A stretch of 64,000 nt of DNA from an uncultured Leucobacter sp. (GTDB taxonomy: Bacteria; Actinomycetota; Actinomycetes; Actinomycetales; Microbacteriaceae), in the NCBI GenBank assembly GCA_937967375.1, contig CALCJF010000011.1:6160-70159 (forward strand), in the 5' to 3' direction. The notes beneath the pieces are model-generated. The model was not told the DNA's origin, did no database searches, and worked only from the letters and a program-made list of their open reading frames with translations. Of this stretch, positions 48,985 to 58,239 are shown piece by piece (within the stretch, counting starts at the first letter, position 1; each line of letters starts with the position of its first letter). The position numbers and the translations under genes are program-made.

Positions 48985-50091
48985 ATGTCGTATTCGCAGA
49001 CTGAACGCACGTTCGGCATTGAAGAAGAGTACTTGTTGCTCGACGCGACGACCGGCGAGCCGACCGATAGCGCGGCCGAGCTGATTCTCGCTACCCCCGA
49101 TCTCGGTGACCAGACCGAGCGCGAGTATTTTTCAAGCCAACTCGAGACGTCGACGCCGATCTGCCATGAGGCCGCAGAGGCCGAAGCCGTGCTGTCGAAG
49201 TTCCGGTCTACCGTTTCGCGGGCCGCCGAGCACTGCGGGGTCGTGCTCGCGGGCACCGGTTTGCCTGCCGTGGGCGGCGAAACAACCGGCACAGTGACCC
49301 CCAAGCCGCGCTATCGTCGCATCGAGGCTGAGATTCGCGGGGTCGGCGCGCACCAGTACCTCACCGGCACCCACGTGCACGTCGCGGTGCCCTCGGCAGA
49401 CGCGGGGGTCGAGGTGATCGCAAGAGTCGCGAGGTGGGCGCCGGTGCTGCTCGCAGTCTCGACGAACTCGCCGTTCTGGTGCGGCACCCCGACCGGGTTC
49501 GAGAGCTGGCGGCACGTGATGGCGCTCACCATGCCAGTGGCGGGCTACCCGCAGATCTTCGCAAATGGTGAAGAGTACGATCGGGCGGTTGCGAGGCTCA
49601 TCGATTCGGGCATCATTCTCGACTCGGGCCTCGTGGCGTGGGTGATCCGCCTCTCAAATAATTACCCGACAGTCGAATTGCGCATTGCGGATTCACAGCT
49701 GCGCGCGGCTGATGCGGTCGCATTCGCGGTGCTCGTTCGCGCGCTCGTGGACCGGGCACTGAGCGATGCCGCGGCTGGTATTGAGCGGCCAGTGCTGACG
49801 CAAGGCCTTGTCAACGGCGCGAACTGGCTCGCTGCCCGCAACGGTCTCTCGTCAGATCTCGTCGACCCGGTTACCGCCGAACGTCTGCCCGCGTTCGAAC
49901 TGATCGACCGCATGCTCGACACAATCGACCGCGAGCTCGACGGCTTCGGTGATCGCGAACGAGTCGACCGCTACCTGGCACGTCTTCGCAAAGAGGGCAC
50001 GCCGGCCGCGAGGCAGCGTTCGGCATTCGAAGCCGACGGTGTCGCCGGTCTGCTCACGCTATATCGCGACTCGCAGCATGAGGCGGAATAG
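48985..50091 (+). CDS. ybdK: Glutamate-cysteine ligase family 2 (YbdK-like carboxylate-amine ligase)
   Basis: FGIEEEYLL, QLETST, GTHVHV, NSPFW, VELRIAD; GGAGG RBS. Confidence 0.92.
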   Translation: MSYSQTERTFGIEEEYLLLDATTGEPTDSAAELILATPDLGDQTEREYFSSQLETSTPICHEAAEAEAVLSKFRSTVSRAAEHCGVVLAGTGLPAVGGETTGTVTPKPRYRRIEAEIRGVGAHQYLTGTHVHVAVPSADAGVEVIARVARWAPVLLAVSTNSPFWCGTPTGFESWRHVMALTMPVAGYPQIFANGEEYDRAVARLIDSGIILDSGLVAWVIRLSNNYPTVELRIADSQLRAADAVAFAVLVRALVDRALSDAAAGIERPVLTQGLVNGANWLAARNGLSSDLVDPVTAERLPAFELIDRMLDTIDRELDGFGDRERVDRYLARLRKEGTPAARQRSAFEADGVAGLLTLYRDSQHEAE

Positions 50092-52516
50092 CGCCTGCCC
50101 GTGAGCCCGGATTCTTATCGGGGCGCCAGCCCCGCCAAACGGGTTGTCGCAGGGCTCCACTGCTCGTGCGTCCCTTCGACACGACCTCTGCGGCGAGCAC
50201 GGGCCGCACCCAATGGGCCTCGCGGCGCGCCTCGCTGGGCACGTCGCAGGCAGGCGATGGCTGCTTGAGCGGTCGAAGCCGTTCGAGCAGCGCGCGGCGT
50301 TCGGCGGCCGAGAACCCGGTGCCGACCCGACCTGCATAGCGCAGCGCGGGTGGGGTGCTCTCGCCGCCGCTCGTTCCGGGCACCGGCGATGGCTCGAGCT
50401 GAGCGAGTATCAATGACGCGAGGCCGCTGGGGTCGGCGGTGCTCTCGCGCCAGCCGATCACGACGACCTCGGTGGTGTCGATCAACGGAAACTTGAGCCA
50501 GTTCGAAGACCGCGCGCCCGAGCTGTAGCTGCTCTGACGCCGCTTCGCCACGAGCCCCTCGAGACCCAGCTCGCGGCTCGCCTGCATTGCCTGCTCGCCT
50601 GTTCCGTCGAACGCATCGGGCACCGCCGCGGGCACGCCCGGCTGGGCGTCGAAGAGTTCCATGAGCAATTCTCGGCGCTGCTCGTAGCTCAGCGCTCGGC
50701 AGTCGGTGCTATCGATGCTCAGCACGTCGAAGACAAGGTAGACAGTGGGCACGACCTCTCTCGCCCGTGCGACATCGGCGCGGCGGGTCAGCTCGAATCG
50801 CTGTTGCAACCGGCTGAAGCTGGGCGCCCCGTTCGCGCCGAGCGCCACGATTTCGCCGTCGAGCACTGCGCGGTCGATATGCAGGGCCCGGGGGAGCGAT
50901 GCGAGTTCGGGGTACGTGACGCTGAGGTCTGCCCCCGAGCGGGATCGCAACACGCAGCGATCGCCGTCAACCTCTGCGATGACCCTGATTCCGTCCCATT
51001 TCATCTCGAAGGCCCACTCCTCGGCATCGAGGCGGGTGACTGCGGTGTCGGATGCAGTTTCGGCGAGCATGGGAGCGTAGGTTTCGGTTCGCGGCAGCGG
51101 TTCCATGAGGTGGATCATCCACTGCGGCTTGCTCGTCGATCCGCCGGCGCGAAACAGCGCGAAACGGCGGGTGCCGCCGAGCCCGCCGCCGGGCGAGCCG
51201 TGCAGCGTCGCGATCACCTCGTCGTCTCGCCACTTCTCGAGGGTGTAGGTTCCGCTGTCCCAGATGCGCACGGTGCCAGCCCCGTACTCACCGGCGGGAA
51301 TCACCCCCTCGAACGAGGCGTACGAGAGTGGGTGATCCTCGGTCATGACCGCGAGGTGATTGCGGCTCGGGTCGTCGGGAACCCCCTTTGGCAACGCCCA
51401 GCTGACGAGTACCCCGTCGTGTTCGAGCCGAAAGTCGTGATGCAGGCGCCGTGCATCGTGGCGCTGAATCACAAAGATGGGTGAGCGCCGCTCGCCCTCC
51501 GCATCGTCGCCCGCGGGTGCGTGGCGCGCGGCGTCGCGTGCCTCTGGAACCGGCTCGGGAGTACGCGTGGCGTCGCGTTTTGCACGGTACACGGCCAGCC
51601 GATCCCGCGCCCCTTTTGCCGGAGTGCGAGGCGAGGCGAGAAGCGCGGCGAGGGGATCTCCGCGCCTTTCAAGTCGGGCGAGCACCTCGGTGAACTCGAG
51701 TTGCTTGAGGTGCGGCGACGCGAGCTCGCGCCAGCTGCGAGGCGCAGCAACCGTGGGGGTGGCGCGACCCCGCAACGAGTACGGGGCCACCGTCGTCTTC
51801 GCTGCGTTGTTCTGGCTCCAGTCGATGAACACTTTGCCCGGGCGCAGGTCGCGCCGCATTGAGCTCGTGATGTCGTCGGGGTGGTCGGCCTCGAGCGCGC
51901 GCGCCAGCTCTTTCGCCACCGCTGAAACCTGGTCTGAAGTCTGCTTGCCGTCGAGTGCGGCGTAGAGGTGAATGCCCGAGCTGCCGCTTGTCACCGGAAT
52001 CGATTCGAGCCCCATTCCGCGCAGCAGGTCGCGCACGAGAAACGCAACCCTCGCGCACTGCGGCAGATCGACCCCGTCGCCCGGGTCGAGATCGAACACC
52101 ATGCGATCCGGGTTGGCTGGGGTTCCCGACGCCCTGAATCGCCACTGCGGCACGTGAATCTCGAGGGCTGCGAGTTGGGCGAGCCACACGAGCGTCGCCT
52201 CATCGTTCACCAGGGGGTAGGTATTGACGTGATCCTTGTGCTGAATCTGACCCGTCTCGAGCCAATCTGGCGCACCATCACCGAGATCCTTTTGAAAGAA
52301 GAACGCGCGAGCGCCATCTGCGCCCACGCCATCCGGCCACCGCTTTCGCGTGGCCGGGCGCCCCTCGCAGTGCGGCAGCATCGTTGCAGCAACCGCACTG
52401 TAGTAAGCGATTACTTCACCCTTCGTCGTGCCCGTGCGCGGATACAGCACCTTCTGCAGGTTCGAAACACGAATGCGTCTGCCGTGAACCGTCACCATCT
52501 GCTCTTGCTTTGCCAT
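50054..52516 (-). CDS. ligD: NHEJ DNA ligase D (polymerase-phosphoesterase-ligase)
   Basis: RKRWPDG, VFDLDPG, SGIHLY (Pol); FVIQRHDARRLHHDFRLE (PE); EMKWDGIR, EGLVAK, WLKF (Lig). Confidence 0.95.
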   Translation of the reverse strand: MAKQEQMVTVHGRRIRVSNLQKVLYPRTGTTKGEVIAYYSAVAATMLPHCEGRPATRKRWPDGVGADGARAFFFQKDLGDGAPDWLETGQIQHKDHVNTYPLVNDEATLVWLAQLAALEIHVPQWRFRASGTPANPDRMVFDLDPGDGVDLPQCARVAFLVRDLLRGMGLESIPVTSGSSGIHLYAALDGKQTSDQVSAVAKELARALEADHPDDITSSMRRDLRPGKVFIDWSQNNAAKTTVAPYSLRGRATPTVAAPRSWRELASPHLKQLEFTEVLARLERRGDPLAALLASPRTPAKGARDRLAVYRAKRDATRTPEPVPEARDAARHAPAGDDAEGERRSPIFVIQRHDARRLHHDFRLEHDGVLVSWALPKGVPDDPSRNHLAVMTEDHPLSYASFEGVIPAGEYGAGTVRIWDSGTYTLEKWRDDEVIATLHGSPGGGLGGTRRFALFRAGGSTSKPQWMIHLMEPLPRTETYAPMLAETASDTAVTRLDAEEWAFEMKWDGIRVIAEVDGDRCVLRSRSGADLSVTYPELASLPRALHIDRAVLDGEIVALGANGAPSFSRLQQRFELTRRADVARAREVVPTVYLVFDVLSIDSTDCRALSYEQRRELLMELFDAQPGVPAAVPDAFDGTGEQAMQASRELGLEGLVAKRRQSSYSSGARSSNWLKFPLIDTTEVVVIGWRESTADPSGLASLILAQLEPSPVPGTSGGESTPPALRYAGRVGTGFSAAERRALLERLRPLKQPSPACDVPSEARREAHWVRPVLAAEVVSKGRTSSGALRQPVWRGWRPDKNPGSRAGAIPPHAASRDIA

Positions 52517-52585
52517 GCTTATACGATCATCTGCGGGTTTGGCAAGCGGTAGACCTTTGACAGCCGGTTGAGCTCTACTGTAAGC

Positions 52586-53404
52586 ATGAGAGCAATCTGG
52601 AGCGGAGCGATCACTTTCGGGCTCGTGAACGTGCCCGTGAAGTTGTACAGTGCGACTGAAGACCACGACGTTGACCTGCATCAGGTGCACGACGCGGACG
52701 GCGGTCGAATCAGGTACCAGCGCAGATGCGAGGTGTGCGGCGAGGTCGTGCCCTACGAACACATCGATCGCGCGTACGCCGACGATAACGACACCATCGT
52801 GCTGACGAAGCAGGAGCTTGCCTCGATTCCGCAGGAGCGCAACCGCGAGATCTCGGTTGTCGAGTTCGTACCCAGCGAGCAGATCGACCCGATGCTGTTC
52901 GAGCGCAGCTACTACCTCGAGCCCACCGGCAAATCGGCGAAGGCATATGTGCTGCTGCGGCGAACGCTCGAGAAGACCGACCGCACCGCTGTCGCGCAGT
53001 TCGCGCTCAGGCAGAAGACGCGTCTTGCTGCGTTGCGGGTGCGGGGCGAGGTGCTGCTCTTGCAGACGCTGCTGTGGCCCGACGAGGTGCGGCAGGCAGA
53101 GTTCGCCTCGCTCGAGCAGCGGGTGCGCATCAGCGCGAAAGAGATGCAGCTCTCGTCGGCGCTCGTGAAAAGCTTCTCAAGCGACTTCGAACCGGAGCAG
53201 TTTCGTGACGAATACCAGGGGGAGTTGCGCAAACTCATCGATGCGAAGCGGCGCGAAGGCGACACGCTTGACACGGAAGAAACGTTTGGTCGGCCGAGTG
53301 AAGAATCGGGCGCCGAAGTGATCGACCTGATGCAGGCGCTGAAGCAGAGCGTGCAACGCTCGCGCGAATCGAAGAAAGCGAAGAGGGGGCGAAAACGCGC
53401 ATGA
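52586..53404 (+). CDS. ku: NHEJ Ku protein
   Basis: MRAIWSGAITFGLVNVPVKLYSATE, FERSYYLEP, FRDEY, VIDLMQAL; divergent from ligD. Confidence 0.97.
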   Translation: MRAIWSGAITFGLVNVPVKLYSATEDHDVDLHQVHDADGGRIRYQRRCEVCGEVVPYEHIDRAYADDNDTIVLTKQELASIPQERNREISVVEFVPSEQIDPMLFERSYYLEPTGKSAKAYVLLRRTLEKTDRTAVAQFALRQKTRLAALRVRGEVLLLQTLLWPDEVRQAEFASLEQRVRISAKEMQLSSALVKSFSSDFEPEQFRDEYQGELRKLIDAKRREGDTLDTEETFGRPSEESGAEVIDLMQALKQSVQRSRESKKAKRGRKRA

Positions 53405-53895
53405 CCAAGACCGCTCTGACCACCCAGGCCGAACTGCTCGCCCAGGAGCTCGCCGAGGTCTGCCTCGGTTCACGAGCCGTGGTGGCGACCGCGGAGTCGC
53501 TCACGGGCGGGCAGCTCGCGGCTGCCATCACAGCAGCACCCGAAGCCTCGAAATGGTACCGGGGTGGCGTCGTCGCCTACCAGCCATACGTGAAGCACAC
53601 CCTGCTACAGTCGCCAGAGGGGCCGGTGGTCACCGCCGCGACTGCGATCGCTATGGCCTGCTCGGTCGCCGAGCTGCTCGATGCCGACTACTCAGTTGGC
53701 GTGACCGGCGTTGGCGGTCCCGACCCAGAAGAGGGCGAGCCGCCCGGCACCGTGTACATTGCAAGCTGCGACCGCGGGCAGCACCCGATCGTCGAACGAC
53801 ACGAGTTTTCGGGCTCGACCGTCGAGGTGCTCGAACAGTCGATCGAGGCCGCACTGAGCGCGCTGATCGCGCGAGCGCGGGCTCGCGGCGACTAA
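53401..53895 (+). CDS. CinA C-terminal/PncC-like NMN deamidase
   Basis: ATAESLTGG, GGVVAY..K, VTGVGGP..PGTVYI; ATGA overlap with ku. Confidence 0.88.
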   Translation: MTKTALTTQAELLAQELAEVCLGSRAVVATAESLTGGQLAAAITAAPEASKWYRGGVVAYQPYVKHTLLQSPEGPVVTAATAIAMACSVAELLDADYSVGVTGVGGPDPEEGEPPGTVYIASCDRGQHPIVERHEFSGSTVEVLEQSIEAALSALIARARARGD

Positions 53896-54024
53896 GCCGC
53901 CGGCGGTGAGTCACCCGCTCTGGGTCTTCGAGCCGCTCGCGCTGCGCCGAGAGACCGCCCTGTGTGGCAGAGTTCACTGCAGTTGTTGCCGATCATTCGG
54001 GGCATACGGGTGCAGAATGAGTGC

Positions 54025-54414
54025 ATGACAGTCGTAGGCCTCGTGCTGGCCGGCCTCGCCGCCCTGCTGCACGTATACATCTTTTACATGGAGTCGATCG
54101 CGTGGACCACCCCGCGCGTGCGAGCAGTCTTTCGCACGAGCGAAGACGAGGCGCGGGTGACAAAGCAACTGGCGTTCAACCAGGGCTTTTACAATCTCTT
54201 TCTCGCCGTCGTGGTGTTGCTCGGCATCCTGCTCTTGCCGCTCGGTTATTCGGTCGTCGGGCTCGCGCTCGTGTTTGTCGGCACCGGATCAATGCTGGCT
54301 GCGGCGCTCGTGCTGCTGCTCTCAAGCCCCGACAAGCGCCGTGCCGCAATTACTCAGGGCACGATGCCCGCCCTCGCCATTGTGGCGCTCGTCATCGGGC
54401 TCTTCATCAGCTGA
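54025..54414 (+). CDS. DUF1304 family membrane protein
   Basis: LHVYIFYMES..W, AFNQGFYNLFLA; CAGAAT-N6-ATG. Confidence 0.88.
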   Translation: MTVVGLVLAGLAALLHVYIFYMESIAWTTPRVRAVFRTSEDEARVTKQLAFNQGFYNLFLAVVVLLGILLLPLGYSVVGLALVFVGTGSMLAAALVLLLSSPDKRRAAITQGTMPALAIVALVIGLFIS

Positions 54415-54437
54415 CTGGCTGATCAGCTGACTGGCTG
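54406..54437 (+). repeat. Exact 16-bp tandem duplication ATCAGCTGACTGGCTG x2
   Basis: Copies at 54406-54421 and 54422-54437, spanning the DUF1304 stop codon. Confidence 0.9.
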
Positions 54438-54459
54438 GTTGGAATATCAACCAGCCAGT
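54430..54459. terminator. Hairpin between convergent genes
   Basis: ACTGGCTGGTTG-GAATAT-CAACCAGCCAGT, 12-bp stem. Confidence 0.75.
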
Positions 54460-54496
54460 TCTCTTGGGGTTCGGGCCGTGCCTTTCAGGCTGGCTT

Positions 54497-55381
54497 TCAG
54501 CCTGTTCCCTGCTCGAGCAGCGCATCTATGACTAGCTCTGGGCGCGTGGCGGCGAAATAGTGGCCCTGGCCCTCGAACTCGCGCAGTTTCGCGTGCGGCA
54601 ATTGCGTCTGTGCCCAACGAGCTACTCCGATCGGCACGTTTCCGTCTTCGGCGCCGTGCAGCAGTTGCACCGGCTGCCGCACTCGGTCGAGTGGGATCGA
54701 GCGCGAGTATCTGCGCAGATCGTCGACTGCTGCGCGCGATCCTTGCCGAACGCCCTCGAGGCCGTCTGCCGCGAGCAACGCTTGCAGCTCGACGTCTTCC
54801 ATGACTCTTCGATCGGCCTCTGGCAACGCGTCGAAGTTCGCGGCGCGAGTGCTTTTGAACGGCCCGCGCCGTTCGAGCATCGCCGCGGCCAACCACGGTG
54901 CGATCGCGGTAATGCGGTAGAGGGTGGTGATGAGTGGAATGCGACCCGCGAGTGCGGCCCTTGGTGCGCCGGGAATCATGCCGCAGGCGAGCACGACCCG
55001 CTCGATGCGGTCGGGGGCGCTGAGCGCGAGCGCGAGCGAATAGCCACCCCCGCCCGAGAAGCCGAGCGCGGTCACGCTGTCTAGCTCGAGCGAATCGAGC
55101 ACCGCGATGGCGTCAGCAGCTCCGGTGTCGAAGCCTCTTGCGACATCGGGCGACGTGAGGCCAACTCCCGGGCGGTCGAGTGCGATCAAGCGAATGCCGG
55201 CGAGCTCGGCTGCAGCATGCAACGGCAGCAACTGGTAACGAGAGCCGGGGGAGCCGTGCGCGGCGAGCACTGGTATGCCCGAGGTGTCTCCGAGCACGCA
55301 GTAGGCGATCGTGCGGCCTGCTACTGCGAACGTGTGAGTCGGGGGCAATTGCGGCTGGCGCAGAACCTCGTCTTGCGTCAT
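54497..55381 (-). CDS. Alpha/beta fold hydrolase
   Basis: HGSPGSR, DRPGVG, GFSGGG, HGAEDGNVP, GQGH. Confidence 0.92.
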   Translation of the reverse strand: MTQDEVLRQPQLPPTHTFAVAGRTIAYCVLGDTSGIPVLAAHGSPGSRYQLLPLHAAAELAGIRLIALDRPGVGLTSPDVARGFDTGAADAIAVLDSLELDSVTALGFSGGGGYSLALALSAPDRIERVVLACGMIPGAPRAALAGRIPLITTLYRITAIAPWLAAAMLERRGPFKSTRAANFDALPEADRRVMEDVELQALLAADGLEGVRQGSRAAVDDLRRYSRSIPLDRVRQPVQLLHGAEDGNVPIGVARWAQTQLPHAKLREFEGQGHYFAATRPELVIDALLEQGTG

Positions 55382-56034
55382 GAATCGTCGCCTCCGATCG
55401 GGGTGCGTGTTGAACTGGCTGCGCTCAGGCCGTCGAGCAGCATTCGAAGGCCAACGGCAAATCGCCGATCGCTGTCGTGATACCGCACGAACACCGAGGC
55501 ACCTCGGCGCTCCGGCGTATTCGTGGGGTCCTCGAAATCTCCACGGCCAAGCCTGATTGCGACGTGTCCAGTTACGAAGTCATGCACTGCGGCGTATCCG
55601 TAGGCCGCCTCCTCAGGCTCAAGCCCCCCTGCTTGGAGCGCCTCGACCACACGATGTGCGGCATCATCGGCGCCGGGGGTGTCGAGTGAGGCGCGACGGT
55701 GCGCTTCAAGCACCAGTGGGTGGCGCATCAGCAGGTCGCGCAGCCCGTGCGCAAAGGTCTCTACGGTCGCGCGCCAGTCGTCGCGAGGCCAAGCCACCTG
55801 CGCGACAGCCTCTTCGACCACGGCCGCGACGAGCTGGTGGCGCAGTGCGTCAATGCCGCCGGCTGCTCGGTGCACGGCCATGGCAGAGACTCCGAGCGCG
55901 TCGCCGACCGCTCGAAGCGTCACCGCCTCAAGTCCCGCTTCATCGGCGATACGGGTCGCCGCCTCAAGGATTGCTTCGCTGCTTGCTGCGCTCGGGCGGC
56001 CGGCTCTTGCGCGTGAGCGAGATTCGGTTACCAT
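55378..56034 (-). CDS. TetR family regulator
   Basis: ILEAATRIADEAGLEAVTLRAVGDALGV HTH, TetR-type C-domain; TATTCT-N6-ATG. Confidence 0.92.
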   Translation of the reverse strand: MVTESRSRARAGRPSAASSEAILEAATRIADEAGLEAVTLRAVGDALGVSAMAVHRAAGGIDALRHQLVAAVVEEAVAQVAWPRDDWRATVETFAHGLRDLLMRHPLVLEAHRRASLDTPGADDAAHRVVEALQAGGLEPEEAAYGYAAVHDFVTGHVAIRLGRGDFEDPTNTPERRGASVFVRYHDSDRRFAVGLRMLLDGLSAASSTRTPIGGDDS

Positions 56035-56047
56035 GAACTCAGAATAA

Positions 56048-56061
56048 CGTTACATGTAACG
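56048..56061. promoter_or_regulatory. Putative TetR operator
   Basis: Perfect palindrome CGTTACATGTAACG between divergent tetR and MFS genes, next to the tetR -10. Confidence 0.75.
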
Positions 56062-56129
56062 AAATGGAAGCGCTGGCATTCTGCTCATCGATTTCGTGAA
56101 CTGTTCGACGGACCAGACGAAAGAATCTC

Positions 56130-57548
56130 ATGAACACACTCACCACCTCCCCAATGCGGGCTGGGCAGCGCCGCCTGGCCCTCGTGGGACTCGCGATCAT
56201 TGTGCTCGCGGCAGCATCGCTCGAGGGATTCGTGCTACCGGTGCTGCCGCAGCTTCAGCGCGACTTCGGGATCGACGCGGCAACTGGTGCGCTTGCGAGC
56301 GTCGTGCCCACGGTCATCACCGTAATCGTCACGCCGCTCGCGGGCAGGCTCGCCGACGTCTACGGCGCAGCCAGAACCCTCGTCGGGCTCGTGCTCATCG
56401 TGATCGCCGGTGGGCTCATCTCGGCATATGCGCCGAGCTTCGGGCTCTTCATCGCGGGGCAGGGGCTGCAGGGCTTTGCCCTCGGCATCATTCCCGTCGG
56501 CTTCGTCGCCCTGCGATTCATCTTTGCAGACGGCTCGATCAAGACTGCTTCTGGCCTGCTCGTTGCGATGAGTGTGGCCGGGGCGGGACTCGGAGTGCTC
56601 ATCGCCGGTCCCATCATTGACACCTACTCGCGAGCCGTGCTGTACGCGGTGCCCACTGCGTTCGTCGCGCTCGGCGGGGTGTGTTTCTTTTCGGCAAAAC
56701 CGCGGCTGCGGCACGACGCGCGAGATGCGAGTGCGCCGACACGCACCGATTGGCTCGGCGCGAGCGTGCTCGCGGTTGCACTCGTCGTGCTGATCATTGC
56801 GCTCTCGAGCTCATCTTCGGCGGGCTGGTCGGCTCCGACGACGTGGCTCTGGTTCGCTTTCGCTGCCTCACTGTTCGCGATCTGGGTGCGCGTCGAGCGT
56901 CGCGTGCGCCAGCCCATGATCGATATCGCGACATTAGGATCTCGAGCGGTCGGTGGGTCGGTTGCGGTGGGCGTCGCGATCGGCGCAGGGTATGCGCCCA
57001 TCGTGTTCCTCGTGCCGCAACTGATTGCCCAACCGCAGGACACCGGATACGGCTTGGGCGCGACTGCAACGCAGACCGGCTACTTTCTCTCTGCCGCGTA
57101 CGCTGCGGGTGTGATCGCTTCGATCGCGGCGGGCAGGCTCGCGAGGCGAATCGAGGCGCGCGTGATCGGCTCGATCTCGATGGCGATACTCGGCGTTGCT
57201 TCGGTTCTTGCGCTGCTCGGCTCTACGCCAGGGTTGACCGTCGTGACGCTCGTGCTGGCAGGGATCGGTGCGGCGGCAGCATCGACCATCGTGTACGCCT
57301 CAGCCGCAATCGGGGCGAGCGAGTACGAGGTGGGTGTGTCAACCGCGCTCATCACCATCGCGCGAGCGATTGGCGGTGCACTCGCGACCCAGATCGTCGC
57401 GTCGATGATTACCGGAGTCTCGGGCGTGCCCACCCTCGCCGACTTTCAGTCTTCGTTCCTCGTTGCGGCATTGCTGTCGCTCTGCGGTGTCGCGCTCGCG
57501 CTGTGGTTGCTGCCCCGAGAGCGCGCCGAGGCAACGATTGCGCACTGA
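56130..57548 (+). CDS. MFS transporter
   Basis: AGRLADVYG motif A; ~14 TM segments. Confidence 0.9.
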   Translation: MNTLTTSPMRAGQRRLALVGLAIIVLAAASLEGFVLPVLPQLQRDFGIDAATGALASVVPTVITVIVTPLAGRLADVYGAARTLVGLVLIVIAGGLISAYAPSFGLFIAGQGLQGFALGIIPVGFVALRFIFADGSIKTASGLLVAMSVAGAGLGVLIAGPIIDTYSRAVLYAVPTAFVALGGVCFFSAKPRLRHDARDASAPTRTDWLGASVLAVALVVLIIALSSSSSAGWSAPTTWLWFAFAASLFAIWVRVERRVRQPMIDIATLGSRAVGGSVAVGVAIGAGYAPIVFLVPQLIAQPQDTGYGLGATATQTGYFLSAAYAAGVIASIAAGRLARRIEARVIGSISMAILGVASVLALLGSTPGLTVVTLVLAGIGAAAASTIVYASAAIGASEYEVGVSTALITIARAIGGALATQIVASMITGVSGVPTLADFQSSFLVAALLSLCGVALALWLLPRERAEATIAH

Positions 57549-57608
57549 TCCGGTGGTGCGGTGCGTCGACGTGTCATCTTCGTGCGAAAGATTGCGGGCT
57601 CAGGCAAG

Positions 57609-58220
57609 ATGAATCGCATGACCAATTCAGCACGAGCCCTTGCGGCGGCGCTCGCCGCAGACGACTCGTCGGCCCGGCTGCAAGCGGCACTGACCGCTGG
57701 CACGCACCCCGACGCCAGTTATCTCGAGGTGCTGCTTGAGCGCTGTGCGATCGAACCCGACTTCTACGTGCGCGACATGCTGACATGGGCACTGACCAGG
57801 CTGCCGCGCGAGCTCGTGTTGGCGCGCGTTACCGAGGAGGCGGCGGCCGCGACGCCGCAGGCGCGCAGCCAGGCCCTGCACACGCTCTCGAAACTCGCCG
57901 AGCCGAACAGCTACGAAGCAATTACGTCGGGGCACCTGCATGACACCGACGATGAGGTCGCTCGTGCGGCCTGGCGCACCGCCGCAGGTCTGGTGCCATA
58001 CGACGAGCGTGGCGTGCTTGCGCGCGAGCTTGCGCTCGAACTCGGCCGCGGCGATCTCACCGTGATGCGCAGCCTGAGCCGTGCATTCGTCGAGCTGGGT
58101 GAGGCGGGCGAGCCCGCGCTGCACGCCGCGACCATCACTGAGAATGAGGTCGCGGCGAAACACGCGCGGGCAACGCTTCGGCTGCTCGAAGATCCCGAGG
58201 CGACCTTCGTGCTCGAGTAA
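57609..58220 (+). CDS. HEAT-repeat protein
   Basis: RLQAALTAG..EPDFYVRDMLTWAL..RSQALHTLSK repeats; start 57609 or 57618. Confidence 0.8.
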   Translation: MNRMTNSARALAAALAADDSSARLQAALTAGTHPDASYLEVLLERCAIEPDFYVRDMLTWALTRLPRELVLARVTEEAAAATPQARSQALHTLSKLAEPNSYEAITSGHLHDTDDEVARAAWRTAAGLVPYDERGVLARELALELGRGDLTVMRSLSRAFVELGEAGEPALHAATITENEVAAKHARATLRLLEDPEATFVLE

Positions 58221-58239
58221 AGAGGGCTCGGGCGCCCGA

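Noticed and set aside
52517-52762. N-terminal extension of LigD in the ORF track
   Set aside because: Overlaps the divergent ku gene; ATG 52516 fits the Pol domain start and leaderless geometry
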